Shown in pieces: positions 16,936 to 24,204 of a stretch of 64,000 nt of DNA. The stretch comes from Pseudomonas phage TIETA: sequence record PV800129.1; one strand, written 5' to 3'. The stretch's first letter is position 1. Each line of letters opens with the position of its first letter. A model generated the notes under the pieces. It was given only the letters and a program-made list of their open reading frames with translations, did not search any database and was not told where the DNA came from. Made by a program: the position numbers and the translations under genes.

Positions 16936-17348
16936 TGATCCTCCTCGTATTTGATGACAAGAACATCATTCTCCCGTAGGTGCCTAAGACCTTCGTCGAG
17001 CCGATATTCGTGCTTATAGTACACTACTTTGATCCCAGCTTCAACCACCGAGATAGCACAATTTTTACAGCAAGAGTGAGTGACGAACAGGGTAGCCCCT
17101 TGGGCACTCTCAGGGCTGCGTATAAGAGCCCTCAGTGCGTTTTCTTCGGCATGCCTCACCTCTGCCTTGGTTACTCCCGTTTCGTCCTCCAGCGGCCCGT
17201 TTAGGTGCTCTGGAAGGGCATTATACCCGCAACTGATGATACGGTTACGTTTTACTAGAACTGCACCAACCTTGGAACGAGTCGAGTCGCTGCACTTAGC
17301 GAAGGCCTCAGCGGCCTCCATGTAAGCTTTAATATGCTTGACCTTCAC
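16932..17348 (-). CDS. dCMP deaminase
   Basis: HAEENAL and CCKNCA zinc-binding motifs. Confidence 0.8.
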   Translation of the reverse strand: MKVKHIKAYMEAAEAFAKCSDSTRSKVGAVLVKRNRIISCGYNALPEHLNGPLEDETGVTKAEVRHAEENALRALIRSPESAQGATLFVTHSCCKNCAISVVEAGIKVVYYKHEYRLDEGLRHLRENDVLVIKYEEDQ

Positions 17349-17350
17349 GA

Positions 17351-17587
17351 CTAGCCTCCAATTAGAACCGCGATCTCCTCGTAGTACCCCTCTTCAGGGC
17401 ACGCGAATTCCATGTAGTACTCGTCAGTGTCAGTCAGATAGACAACGCTAGGTGGGTAATAGCTCCAAGTCGGGTCTCCGTGTTCAGTCTCCGCTACCTT
17501 CAAGTTGCCGTACACATCTCGAAGAGTCTGTAGAGCCTCGATCACATCGTCGATACGCATTACAGTGGGTTCAGTCGGTTCAGTCAT
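17351..17587 (-). CDS. hypothetical protein (78 aa)
   Basis: ORF. Confidence 0.4.
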   Translation of the reverse strand: MTEPTEPTVMRIDDVIEALQTLRDVYGNLKVAETEHGDPTWSYYPPSVVYLTDTDEYYMEFACPEEGYYEEIAVLIGG

Positions 17588-17596
17588 ATCTCCTCC

Positions 17597-17809
17597 TTAG
17601 TTTTCTACTTTACAAACGGCATCGCCACGTCGAAGGAAAACTTGAATTGACGGTTTTCCGCTCCACTTGTCCCACGCTTCAGCTTTAACACTGACAGTCT
17701 TAGGATTGATTGCAACCACCTCGCCTACCAGCATAACCATTCCAGTCCCGCCTAGGCAGAATGCTACTGCGTCGCCGATCTCGATATCCCTTCCTGCTAC
17801 GTCCTTCAT
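17597..17809 (-). CDS. hypothetical protein (70 aa)
   Basis: ORF. Confidence 0.4.
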   Translation of the reverse strand: MKDVAGRDIEIGDAVAFCLGGTGMVMLVGEVVAINPKTVSVKAEAWDKWSGKPSIQVFLRRGDAVCKVEN

Positions 17810-18075
17810 TTGTACTCTCCATCTGCACCCTTGATTAAAATAACGAAGTCCGAGGGATCATCACTGCCGTAGGCCTTTGCCCGAAACTCCTGCTCGTATT
17901 TATTCACCGCCTCCGGATCACTTTTAACCTCAAGCTCTTGGTAGAGGTCTTCCATAAACCAACCCAAGTCCGTGGTCGCAGCCGAAGCCGAGAGGTGACC
18001 AAGAAGTCCTACCAGCATATTGATCTCGTCGCTCTCCAACTCCAACTTGTGACCGTTACGTTTTACTACTTTCAT
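17806..18075 (-). CDS. hypothetical protein (89 aa)
   Basis: ORF. Confidence 0.4.
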   Translation of the reverse strand: MKVVKRNGHKLELESDEINMLVGLLGHLSASAATTDLGWFMEDLYQELEVKSDPEAVNKYEQEFRAKAYGSDDPSDFVILIKGADGEYK

Positions 18076-18083
18076 ATTTCCTC

Positions 18084-18434
18084 CTATCGCTTCTGTCCGC
18101 GACGAGTGGCTACGCCGTAAGCTGGCTTGCTCCCCTCGCCCGTGTTGTGTTTCTTCTGCACTCGGCTGGCATTGACGGTGTAACGCCCTTTGCCATACTC
18201 TTCATCTATCCACGCTTGAGCCTTAGCTCGCTGAGATGTGTGGACAAAGATGTAGTAGCCTGATGCATCTTTGATGAACCAAGTGGCCGGAGGCTGGAAG
18301 TCCAGCCGTGAAAACTCTTCGTAGTCAATCACGGTCACCTTCTGCTTAGCCACTGTATACTGCCCCACTACCGACTCTTTTGCAATGATTTTATCAATCA
18401 TCTGAGTTGAAAGATCAGAGTTCTTCGAGGTCAA
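18084..18434 (-). CDS. hypothetical protein (116 aa)
   Basis: ORF. Confidence 0.4.
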   Translation of the reverse strand: MTSKNSDLSTQMIDKIIAKESVVGQYTVAKQKVTVIDYEEFSRLDFQPPATWFIKDASGYYIFVHTSQRAKAQAWIDEEYGKGRYTVNASRVQKKHNTGEGSKPAYGVATRRGQKR

Positions 18435-18693
18435 TTTCTACCTCCTTTCCTAGTCCAGTATCTGCAAAGAAGCTATCGAGACTCAGAGCGTGGTATTGAG
18501 ACACTTTGTAACCACCACTCTTCAGAAGGCTGTGAGCGGCCTCCTCTACTTTGTCCTCTGTCAGTCTCCAGTCCGCACCTAGGAGTACTTCAGCTAACTG
18601 CTCTACACTCGGAGGGTTCCCAATCCACAGACCCATTCTACTGTCAGGCTCGTAATCTTCTTCCCATACAAGTTCCCACACTAGGTTACTCAT
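18415..18693 (-). CDS. hypothetical protein (92 aa)
   Basis: ORF. Confidence 0.4.
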   Translation of the reverse strand: MSNLVWELVWEEDYEPDSRMGLWIGNPPSVEQLAEVLLGADWRLTEDKVEEAAHSLLKSGGYKVSQYHALSLDSFFADTGLGKEVEIDLEEL

Positions 18694-18968
18694 TGGTACA
18701 CCTCCTTCTTACGAATAGAATACATAACCCACTCGTCTTTTCCTGTCTTCCCGCACGGAATGTCTACTTCACACTCTGCGTTTACAATCAGGCCCGCTAC
18801 GATGAAATCAAGAAGCTCCTCGTCTGGTTCTGGCAAGCCCGGGTAGGACGATACAACCCTGCGGATAGTCTCCGCTTTGGTATTGCCCAGTACCCCAAGC
18901 ATGTGGAGATCGAACTCTCCACTGTAGTCGTCCCAGAGTTGTCCAAATATCACCCATACACTATTCAT
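18690..18968 (-). CDS. hypothetical protein (92 aa)
   Basis: start moved to internal MNSVWVIFG with GAAGGAGG RBS; Arg-rich N-terminal extension in track ORF is unlikely to be coding. Confidence 0.4.
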   Translation of the reverse strand: MNSVWVIFGQLWDDYSGEFDLHMLGVLGNTKAETIRRVVSSYPGLPEPDEELLDFIVAGLIVNAECEVDIPCGKTGKDEWVMYSIRKKEVYQ

Positions 18969-19002
18969 ACCTAGTAATCCTCCTTCAGCTTGTTGGTGTC
19001 CA

Positions 19003-19188
19003 TTAGGCAGCCTCCTTCTTCTTGTCCAGCAACTTAAGGCATCGTTTGCAGGTGATATGATTGCGGTAGCGGGAGAAGTTCTTCTCCTCGAAGTCGCCAT
19101 CGGTGCCACAGAAGACGTCATACGGTTCTTCACTGTCCGCTTCTGTGCCGCCGTCCCACTCGTCGTAGTGAACTGTTCGCGTCGCCAT
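19003..19188 (-). CDS. small zinc-finger-like protein (61 aa)
   Basis: Cys pairs FCGTD...CKRC. Confidence 0.4.
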   Translation of the reverse strand: MATRTVHYDEWDGGTEADSEEPYDVFCGTDGDFEEKNFSRYRNHITCKRCLKLLDKKKEAA

Positions 19189-19491
19189 TCACTTCACCTC
19201 GATTCCGGCTTGCTGGAGGGCTTCTTTCACGGCATCAAGCACTGCGTTGTAGCTGCCGATTATCAGGTTGCCGTAGATGTTTCTTGTGGGCTCCATTTTC
19301 TCCGGCAACTCCACCCTCAGAGCCGCGCGGCTGGCTTGCCATATCCGCCAGTCATGATGTGGTGTGTCGTGGATGTATTGATGCGGCGGATGCTCATATC
19401 GATCAAGGGTGAAGCCATGGTGCCCATCCTTAATTTGGGCCGCGTAGTTACGCACGAACCACGCTTCAAACTCGTCTCTCATACTCCGCAA
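19189..19491 (-). CDS. hypothetical protein (100 aa)
   Basis: ORF. Confidence 0.4.
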   Translation of the reverse strand: MRSMRDEFEAWFVRNYAAQIKDGHHGFTLDRYEHPPHQYIHDTPHHDWRIWQASRAALRVELPEKMEPTRNIYGNLIIGSYNAVLDAVKEALQQAGIEVK

Positions 19492-19664
19492 TCCTCCTGA
19501 ATCTCTTTTAGCAGATCGGAAGGCATAACCGATAGCGCCAGTTCCTCCAGAGCATGGATGTAATCCTCAACATATTTCCATTCCTTTCTGATCTTCTGAA
19601 GGTACACGCCTTCTTTACTGTTGTCAATAGCCTGACCCTTCAGTTCCTGCATTAGTTCGAACAT
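19479..19664 (-). CDS. hypothetical protein (61 aa)
   Basis: ORF. Confidence 0.35.
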   Translation of the reverse strand: MFELMQELKGQAIDNSKEGVYLQKIRKEWKYVEDYIHALEELALSVMPSDLLKEIQEDCGV

Positions 19665-19724
19665 CTTGTATATCCTCCTTTGGCCGCAAAAATGGCCGGC
19701 GACTACTGTCCCGGCCTGATGATA

Positions 19725-20273
19725 CTACTCTGAAATTTCTTCCATTGCAAGGCGTTTCTTTTCAAAGAAATCGCTGAGCTTGTCTTCCAGCTCTTCGCCA
19801 CCGATGTAAAGCTCTTCCCCTGCCTTGACACGCTCTAGCTCCTTCTCAGTCAAGAAGTCACTGTAGACGTGATCTACCCATTTATCGCACCACGCTGAGC
19901 TAAACGCTGCATTCCTCAGACTATTCCTGAAATCAGCAGATACAACGCCAAAAGAAGGCGCGTGGATCATGAAATATGTGAACTGGTCGATCTCAACGGA
20001 GTCGCAGGCTAGCGCGATGGCAGTCATGGCAGACGCACACTCACCTTCGAGACGAGCATGCACTGGAGCTTGACACTCCTTGATCGCTCGGATTATAGCG
20101 TTGGCGGTCTCTACCTGTCCACCGCATCCGTTAATGGTGATGTACACTTCATCATTCTGACCTGCATTTTCAAGGGTCCAAAGCTCCTCTGTGAGTTCTT
20201 CGAGGCTCTTGATTACGTATGGCAGAAGGATGGAGTAACGATTGCTAACACTTTGTGTACATGAAACAGGCAT
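19725..20273 (-). CDS. ClpP-family serine protease homologue
   Basis: ITINGCGGQVETANAII, GECASAMTAIALACD (Ser region) and FMIHAPSFG (His region) follow the ClpP/S14 pattern. Confidence 0.65.
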   Translation of the reverse strand: MPVSCTQSVSNRYSILLPYVIKSLEELTEELWTLENAGQNDEVYITINGCGGQVETANAIIRAIKECQAPVHARLEGECASAMTAIALACDSVEIDQFTYFMIHAPSFGVVSADFRNSLRNAAFSSAWCDKWVDHVYSDFLTEKELERVKAGEELYIGGEELEDKLSDFFEKKRLAMEEISE

Positions 20274-20280
20274 AATACCT

Positions 20281-20312
20281 CCTTTACAAAAATGGGCCCG
20301 AAAGGGCCCTTA
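20281..20312 (-). terminator. hairpin GGGCCCgaaaGGGCCC with T-run on - strand (terminator or attenuator ahead of ClpP-like gene)
   Basis: perfect 6-bp GC stem; rc flank gives ATTTTTGT. Confidence 0.45.
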
Positions 20313-20320
20313 TTACTGAA

Positions 20321-20677
20321 TCACTCCTCGCTTTCTTTCTGGCCAGAGCCCAGCATTGCAAAGAATGGAAGGAGGATTGTGCTCAGCTCTCCGCTGACAG
20401 CTTCACCAACTTCTGCACCAGCCTGAGCTACACTCAGGAACTCTTCAGTGCGTACAAACTTGTCAACCTTAACGAGGGTTTTAAAGTCTACTCGTTCCAA
20501 GAACGCAGCGCCGGCTGCTTCCGCCAGAGGTTCGAGGTTTACGACTTCCATAGCGCGATCCAGAGCTTCCTGATTGATCTCTAGGCCGTTCTGTGCGGCA
20601 ACCTGCATCAGGGTAGACTTCACAGTCTGGATTGCGTAGTCTTTGAAAAACTCACGTTGTGCTTTGTTAAACTTCAT
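20321..20677 (-). CDS. hypothetical protein (118 aa)
   Basis: ORF. Confidence 0.45.
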   Translation of the reverse strand: MKFNKAQREFFKDYAIQTVKSTLMQVAAQNGLEINQEALDRAMEVVNLEPLAEAAGAAFLERVDFKTLVKVDKFVRTEEFLSVAQAGAEVGEAVSGELSTILLPFFAMLGSGQKESEE

Positions 20678-21141
20678 TCACTTTTCTCCTTTGTAGTACG
20701 ACGACGGCGGGTTTTTGGTTTATCTTCCGATTCAGTCTCTTGGACTTCCTCTACAGGAACTTCCTTAGCTACTTCTGTAGCCTTTTCCTCAGTCTGCTTC
20801 TCTGCACCTTCTCGGACCATCTTGACAGACTTGAGAGCGAAATTCATGTTAGCGAAGTGCGGGTCTTCCACATCAATTCGGAAGCCTTGGTCAAAGGCGT
20901 TCTGCATGCCCATCAGAAGACTGAAAACGTCCCATTCTTGCACAATGACTTCATTGCCGTCAAGCTCTTTTTCGATTTCCTCAGAAATGCCCTCTTGACG
21001 GAACATCTGTACTTGACAGAGGGTGCCGTACACAGGGTAGCCTTCAATGGAGCGGACGACTCGGAAACCTTCCTTCATGTGGGCGTGAATCGAGCGAAGC
21101 CAGACGATAGGGTTGTATTCTACGATATTGATAACTTGCAT
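20674..21141 (-). CDS. hypothetical protein with acidic/basic C-terminal tail (155 aa), first gene of leftward operon
   Basis: ORF directly downstream of - strand promoter. Confidence 0.5.
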   Translation of the reverse strand: MQVINIVEYNPIVWLRSIHAHMKEGFRVVRSIEGYPVYGTLCQVQMFRQEGISEEIEKELDGNEVIVQEWDVFSLLMGMQNAFDQGFRIDVEDPHFANMNFALKSVKMVREGAEKQTEEKATEVAKEVPVEEVQETESEDKPKTRRRRTTKEKSE

Positions 21142-21175
21142 ATTCTTTTTACTCCTTGCGGGTTAGTGTTTTACA

Positions 21176-21203
21176 ATAATACCACGTTTCTCAGGAATGT
21201 CAA
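21176..21203 (-). promoter_or_regulatory. consensus sigma70-like promoter for leftward early operon
   Basis: reverse complement reads TTGACA-N16-TATTAT. Confidence 0.6.
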
Positions 21204-21225
21204 CCCATTTTGTTCTGGTAGAGGC

Positions 21226-21253
21226 TTGACATAGAGGAAATCTGTGGTATTAT
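21226..21253 (+). promoter_or_regulatory. consensus sigma70-like promoter driving ncRNA copy A
   Basis: TTGACAtagaggaaatctgtggTATTAT; divergent from the - promoter 25 bp away. Confidence 0.65.
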
Positions 21254-21259
21254 CAATAT

Positions 21260-21541
21260 TCAGCGTGGGAGAGATATGTCTGAAAGCACTCACCGGCCCA
21301 CGCCTAGCGCCTATGAAGAGGAATCCACAAGGGCAACCTGAACTCGAATGCTGTTAAAGGGTGGAGACGACGCGAAAGCGGAATGACAGCAATCCGATGC
21401 AGCCTACATGCTGCCCCTCACCGAACTCATCTGCATGAGTAAGAGGAATTGGATAGAGCCAAGGCACGTCTTAGGCAGATTAAATTCTGTATGGCGAGCC
21501 TTGGGACGACTCTATCCTTCCCTAGCCGAATCTATCTGCAT
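21260..21541 (+). ncRNA. structured non-coding RNA, copy A (~280 nt; paralogue of 54181-54460)
   Basis: no ORF; colinear blocks shared with copy B (cactcaccggcc, tatgaagaggaa, cgacgac, ctcaccgaactcatctgcat, gtcttaggc, gtatggc, atctatctgcat); compensatory changes preserve helices gcgtggg/cccacgc vs ctgctgg/ccagcag, gcagc/gctgc vs ggagc/gctcc, ggatagag/ctctatcc vs gaggcagacc/ggtctgcctc, gcag/ctgt vs gcgg/ccgt. Confidence 0.6.
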
Positions 21542-21615
21542 GGGGTGTTCTCCTGATACACATACACAGAATACCCACCACAGATAATCCATCAATCAAC
21601 CCATAAGGAATTTCT

Positions 21616-21804
21616 ATGAGATGTAAGTGCTGTGATAGCGAACTCTCGTTTGAGACTCCAGTCATCAATAAACATACTGGTAAGGAGGACGATCTCTGCT
21701 CCTCTTGCCGTAGGTTTGCTCTCAATCCTACACTGGATCATGAGTATTTTGGTGGTTGGTATCCAAGCGAAGGGGTTACCGCTCCTCTACCGACCGGGGA
21801 CTGA
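21616..21804 (+). CDS. small zinc-ribbon protein (62 aa)
   Basis: CKCC...CSSC pairs; AAGGAA RBS. Confidence 0.45.
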   Translation: MRCKCCDSELSFETPVINKHTGKEDDLCSSCRRFALNPTLDHEYFGGWYPSEGVTAPLPTGD

Positions 21805-21879
21805 CATTGTATATAGAGTGCGCGTACTCTGACAATACATATAAATAATAGATTACGGTGCGAATAATTCTTTAAGGGC

Positions 21880-21907
21880 TTGACAACAGGAGATTTCGTG
21901 CTATAAT
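21880..21907 (+). promoter_or_regulatory. consensus sigma70-like promoter (TTGACA-N16-TATAAT), preceded by palindrome AGAGTGCGCGTACTCT
   Basis: read in sequence. Confidence 0.6.
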
Positions 21908-21946
21908 CGGAGTATATGGGGCTTACAAAGCTTCAGAGGATTTAAT

Positions 21947-22270
21947 ATGACTCAAGAAAGAAACAAGGGCGGTCGCCCTACGAATGCCGAGCTAGAAGCC
22001 CGGGGTATCATTCAAACAGACCTAAAAGCAGGACTCAGACTTCTAAAGAAGAGCTTTGCAGAGAACATTAGGTTCCTACAAGAGCAATCTGACAATCCTG
22101 AGGTTTCTCTACAAATGAGAATCAAGCTCAAGAAAGAGCTTTCTGATATGTTCGTCGCTTACTACAAAGCTGACATTGCACTCAAAAAAGAGCTTGCAAA
22201 AGGAACAGAATCAGGAGATAATGAGAACACTGAAGAGGACAAGGCTCCCGGAGTAGTTCTCGCGTTTTGA
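21947..22270 (+). CDS. DNA-binding protein with N-terminal KGGRPT motif (possible small terminase subunit)
   Basis: MTQERNKGGRPTNAELEARG resembles the GRP HTH start of many TerS proteins; coiled-coil middle; assignment tentative. Confidence 0.4.
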   Translation: MTQERNKGGRPTNAELEARGIIQTDLKAGLRLLKKSFAENIRFLQEQSDNPEVSLQMRIKLKKELSDMFVAYYKADIALKKELAKGTESGDNENTEEDKAPGVVLAF

Positions 22271-22275
22271 TTAAT

Positions 22276-22349
22276 TGCCGCTTCGTTCAATGGTAGGACG
22301 CCAGACTTTGAATCTGGAGATGATGGTTCAATTCCATCAGTGGCTGCCA
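22276..22349 (+). tRNA. tRNA-Gln (anticodon TTG)
   Basis: anticodon arm ccaga-cTTTGaa-tctgg, T arm gatgg-ttcaatt-ccatc, CCA encoded; T.T at 1:72. Confidence 0.65.
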
Positions 22350-22430
22350 AATGTGGTAAAAGAACATTCACCCGACAAGGAATGTGTCTCGCTCAGAGGA
22401 CAGCGAGTAATAAGTGTCCTCCAGAATTAA

Positions 22431-22507
22431 GGGTCGGTGAGCGTAATTGGCAACCTACTGGATTCCAAATCCTCGTATTCTCTGTTCGAATCGGAGTCGG
22501 CCCGCCA
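22431..22507 (+). pseudogene. degenerate tRNA-like gene (intact acceptor and T arm; anticodon-like loop ttCCAaa but unpaired stems; possible tRNA-Trp remnant)
   Basis: acceptor gggtcgg/tcggccc + G + CCA, T arm ctctg-ttcgaat-cggag; no foldable D or anticodon stem. Confidence 0.4.
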
Positions 22508-22554
22508 AATTAGTGTTGACAGGGGCGAAGGTCTCCTGTATAGTGACGCCAATT

Positions 22555-22629
22555 GCTCGTATAGTGTAACGGATGCACAACGGTCTTCTAAGCCGTAAGG
22601 TCTAGGTTCGAATCCTAGTATGAGCGCCA
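22555..22629 (+). tRNA. tRNA-Arg (anticodon TCT)
   Basis: acceptor gctcgta/tatgagc, D stem gtgt/gcac, anticodon arm acggt-cTTCTaa-gccgt, T arm ctagg-ttcgaat-cctag, CCA. Confidence 0.8.
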
Positions 22630-22636
22630 AATTAGA

Positions 22637-22713
22637 TGGACGGAAGCTAAAGTGGTCCCGGCATCTGGCTTTTAACCAGACCTTAGTGAGTTCGAGTCTC
22701 ACCCGTTCAACCA
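22637..22713 (+). tRNA. tRNA-Lys (anticodon TTT)
   Basis: anticodon arm tctgg-cTTTTaa-ccaga, T arm gtgag-ttcgagt-ctcac, acceptor tggacgg/ccgttca, CCA. Confidence 0.75.
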
Positions 22714-22718
22714 ATTTT

Positions 22719-22806
22719 AGTGAGTAAATCAGATAGGTTCTGAGGCTCCCTGCTAAGGAGTACGTCTGCTAACGCGGATGTGGATCGAGACCACTGCTCA
22801 CTGCCA
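22719..22806 (+). tRNA. tRNA-Ser (anticodon GCT), class II
   Basis: acceptor agtgagt/gctcact + G + CCA, anticodon arm gctcc-cTGCTaa-ggagt, long variable arm. Confidence 0.6.
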
Positions 22807-22836
22807 AATCACTGCCAAAATAAGTGATTTTAAGTG

Positions 22837-22865
22837 TTGACAAACTGAGTTTTTCATGTTTTAAT
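22837..22865 (+). promoter_or_regulatory. sigma70-like promoter inside tRNA cluster (TTGACA-N17-TTTAAT)
   Basis: read in sequence. Confidence 0.5.
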
Positions 22866-22890
22866 ACACTTATCAGATCAAGAAATACTT

Positions 22891-22980
22891 AGCGAGTAGC
22901 CCTGAGTAGGTCGGGAACTAGTCTAGAAAACTAGGCCACTGTGATGAACGGTGAGGGTTCGACTCCTTTACTCGCTGCCA
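22891..22980 (+). tRNA. class II tRNA (Ser-like; anticodon ambiguous, possibly AGA)
   Basis: acceptor agcgagt/actcgct + G + CCA, T arm gaggg-ttcgact-ccttt, long variable arm; anticodon arm ctagt-cTAGAaa-actag is unusual. Confidence 0.5.
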
Positions 22981-22986
22981 AATTAA

Positions 22987-23071
22987 GGCCCTGTGGTGGA
23001 ATTGGTATACACATCAGTCTTAGAAACTGACGCCGAGAGGATTGAGGGTTCAAGTCCCTCCGGGGCCACCA
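22987..23071 (+). tRNA. tRNA-Leu (anticodon TAG), class II
   Basis: acceptor ggccctg/cggggcc + A + CCA, anticodon arm tcagt-cTTAGaa-actga, T arm gaggg-ttcaagt-ccctc. Confidence 0.75.
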
Positions 23072-23228
23072 AATTAAGAATCTCTTTTGCTATTTGGTAA
23101 GGGTTCGAGTCCCTTCCCGGCTGCTATGGTCGGTCTACGGTGGCCAAATAGTGAGAGAGCTAGGGGACATGACGAAGGTAGCGCTGCTTTCCGATCTCCC
23201 CGGCGCTATAAAAGTTATCATGAAGGGG

Positions 23229-23256
23229 TTGACAAACAAGAAATTCATGATAATAT
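23229..23256 (+). promoter_or_regulatory. sigma70-like promoter inside tRNA cluster (TTGACA-N16-TAATAT)
   Basis: read in sequence. Confidence 0.5.
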
Positions 23257-23281
23257 AGGTACATAGAGTAACAAACAATAT

Positions 23282-23357
23282 AGCCGGATAGCTCAATTGG
23301 TAGAGCACCCGACCGATAATCGGATGGTTGAAGGTTCAAGTCCTTCTCTGGCTACCA
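23282..23357 (+). tRNA. tRNA-Ile (anticodon GAT)
   Basis: acceptor agccgga/tctggct + A + CCA, D arm gctc-aattggta-gagc, anticodon loop ccGATaa (C at position 33), T arm gaagg-ttcaagt-ccttc. Confidence 0.7.
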
Positions 23358-23366
23358 GAATTTATA

Positions 23367-23445
23367 GGCCCATTAGCTCAGTCTGGACTAGAGCAAGCCC
23401 CTGTCTAGGGCAAGGTCGTCGGTTCGAATCCGACATGGGTCGCCA
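23367..23445 (+). tRNA. tRNA-Asp (anticodon GTC)
   Basis: acceptor ggcccat/atgggtc + G + CCA, anticodon loop cTGTCta, T arm gtcgg-ttcgaat-ccgac. Confidence 0.7.
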
Positions 23446-23449
23446 ACAA

Positions 23450-23536
23450 GGTCGTTGTAGAGATAGATGGCTACTATCATCCGGCTGTAACCCGGACGCC
23501 ATAGGCTAGAGGTTCAATTCCTTCCTTCGACCACCA
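23450..23536 (+). tRNA. tRNA-Tyr (anticodon GTA), class II, imperfect acceptor stem
   Basis: anticodon arm tccgg-cTGTAac-ccgga, D stem gata/tatc, ACCA 3' end; two U.U mismatches in acceptor. Confidence 0.5.
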
Positions 23537-23539
23537 AAT

Positions 23540-23620
23540 AGCGAGAGCGTTAAGACTGGCTGGAGCTGTCACTCGGCTCATAACCGAGCACAAGTGGTTC
23601 GATTCCACCTCTCGCTACCA
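23540..23620 (+). tRNA. tRNA-Met (anticodon CAT) with unusually long D region
   Basis: acceptor agcgaga/tctcgct + A + CCA, anticodon arm ctcgg-cTCATaa-ccgag, T arm gtgg-ttcgatt-ccac. Confidence 0.5.
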
Positions 23621-23895
23621 AATTGCACTCCGAGGAACCCTAAGACTGAGGGGGTTCAGTGTCGCTACCTATCTCGGTAAGGGGAAGCGCCTAAGCTGGC
23701 ACGGGTAATTGAGTAGCTGTGATAAGCTATTGGCAGCCAGCATAAATCGTCCGGCTCGGGCCCGTTATAGCCCTTAGATTCAAGAATACTTCTGACGCTT
23801 CTCATAGCGCACCACAGAAGTAGTTGAATTAGATGCTGTAAGCCATAGGAGGTGATCCAGTATCTCCCGGAGGGGCCCGGGTTAACAACCTCATG
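23621..23895 (+). other. 275-nt tRNA-free non-coding spacer within tRNA cluster (possible stable RNA)
   Basis: no ORF >=60 aa, no T-arm motif; contains TAGGAGGTGATCC (13-nt complement of 16S 3' end) not followed by a start codon and a GC hairpin cccggaggggcccggg. Confidence 0.35.
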
Positions 23896-23901
23896 AATTT
23901 A

Positions 23902-23978
23902 GCCCGCGTTGGCCGAGAGGTTTAGGCGGCGGATTGCAAATCCGTCTCACATCGGTTCAAATCCGATACGCGGCTCCA
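23902..23978 (+). tRNA. tRNA-Cys (anticodon GCA)
   Basis: anticodon arm gcgga-tTGCAaa-tccgt matches E. coli tRNA-Cys; T arm atcgg-ttcaaat-ccgat; 3' acgcggc-T-CCA; one extra C bulged in 5' acceptor strand. Confidence 0.7.
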
Positions 23979-23988
23979 AGGTTTATAT

Positions 23989-24064
23989 TGGGATGTAGCT
24001 CAGTTGGTAGAGCAGGGAGCTGTTAACTCTCAGGTCGCAGGTTCGAACCCTGCCGTCCCAGCCA
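23989..24064 (+). tRNA. tRNA-Asn (anticodon GTT)
   Basis: acceptor tgggatg/cgtccca + G + CCA, D arm gctc-agttggta-gagc, anticodon arm gggag-cTGTTaa-ctctc. Confidence 0.75.
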
Positions 24065-24097
24065 ATTTCCAAAAGAGACTCTTCGCTTTAGAAGCAG

Positions 24098-24127
24098 AGT
24101 CGAACGCCCGATACGGGCCTTATTATC
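24098..24127 (+). terminator. hairpin GCCCGatacGGGC followed by CTTATTAT (weak terminator or processing site inside tRNA cluster)
   Basis: read in sequence. Confidence 0.35.
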
Positions 24128-24204
24128 TCCTCGTAGCTCAGTCTGGTTAGAGTGTCGGATTTGGAATCCGAAGGTCGAAGGTTCAAATCCTTCCGGGGTG
24201 ACCA
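24127..24204 (+). tRNA. tRNA-Pro (anticodon TGG)
   Basis: anticodon arm tcgga-tTTGGaa-tccga, T arm gaagg-ttcaaat-ccttc, acceptor ctcctcg/cggggtg + A + CCA (one U.U). Confidence 0.75.

Noticed and set aside
21260-21541. ncRNA as RNase P RNA, tmRNA, 6S, SRP RNA, group I intron or retron
   Set aside because: None of the family-specific conserved motifs could be found: P4 GGAAAGUCCGG/ACAGAA, tRNA-like CCA end with T-arm, group I P7, a1/a2 inverted repeats with RT gene. No flanking exon or ORF context.
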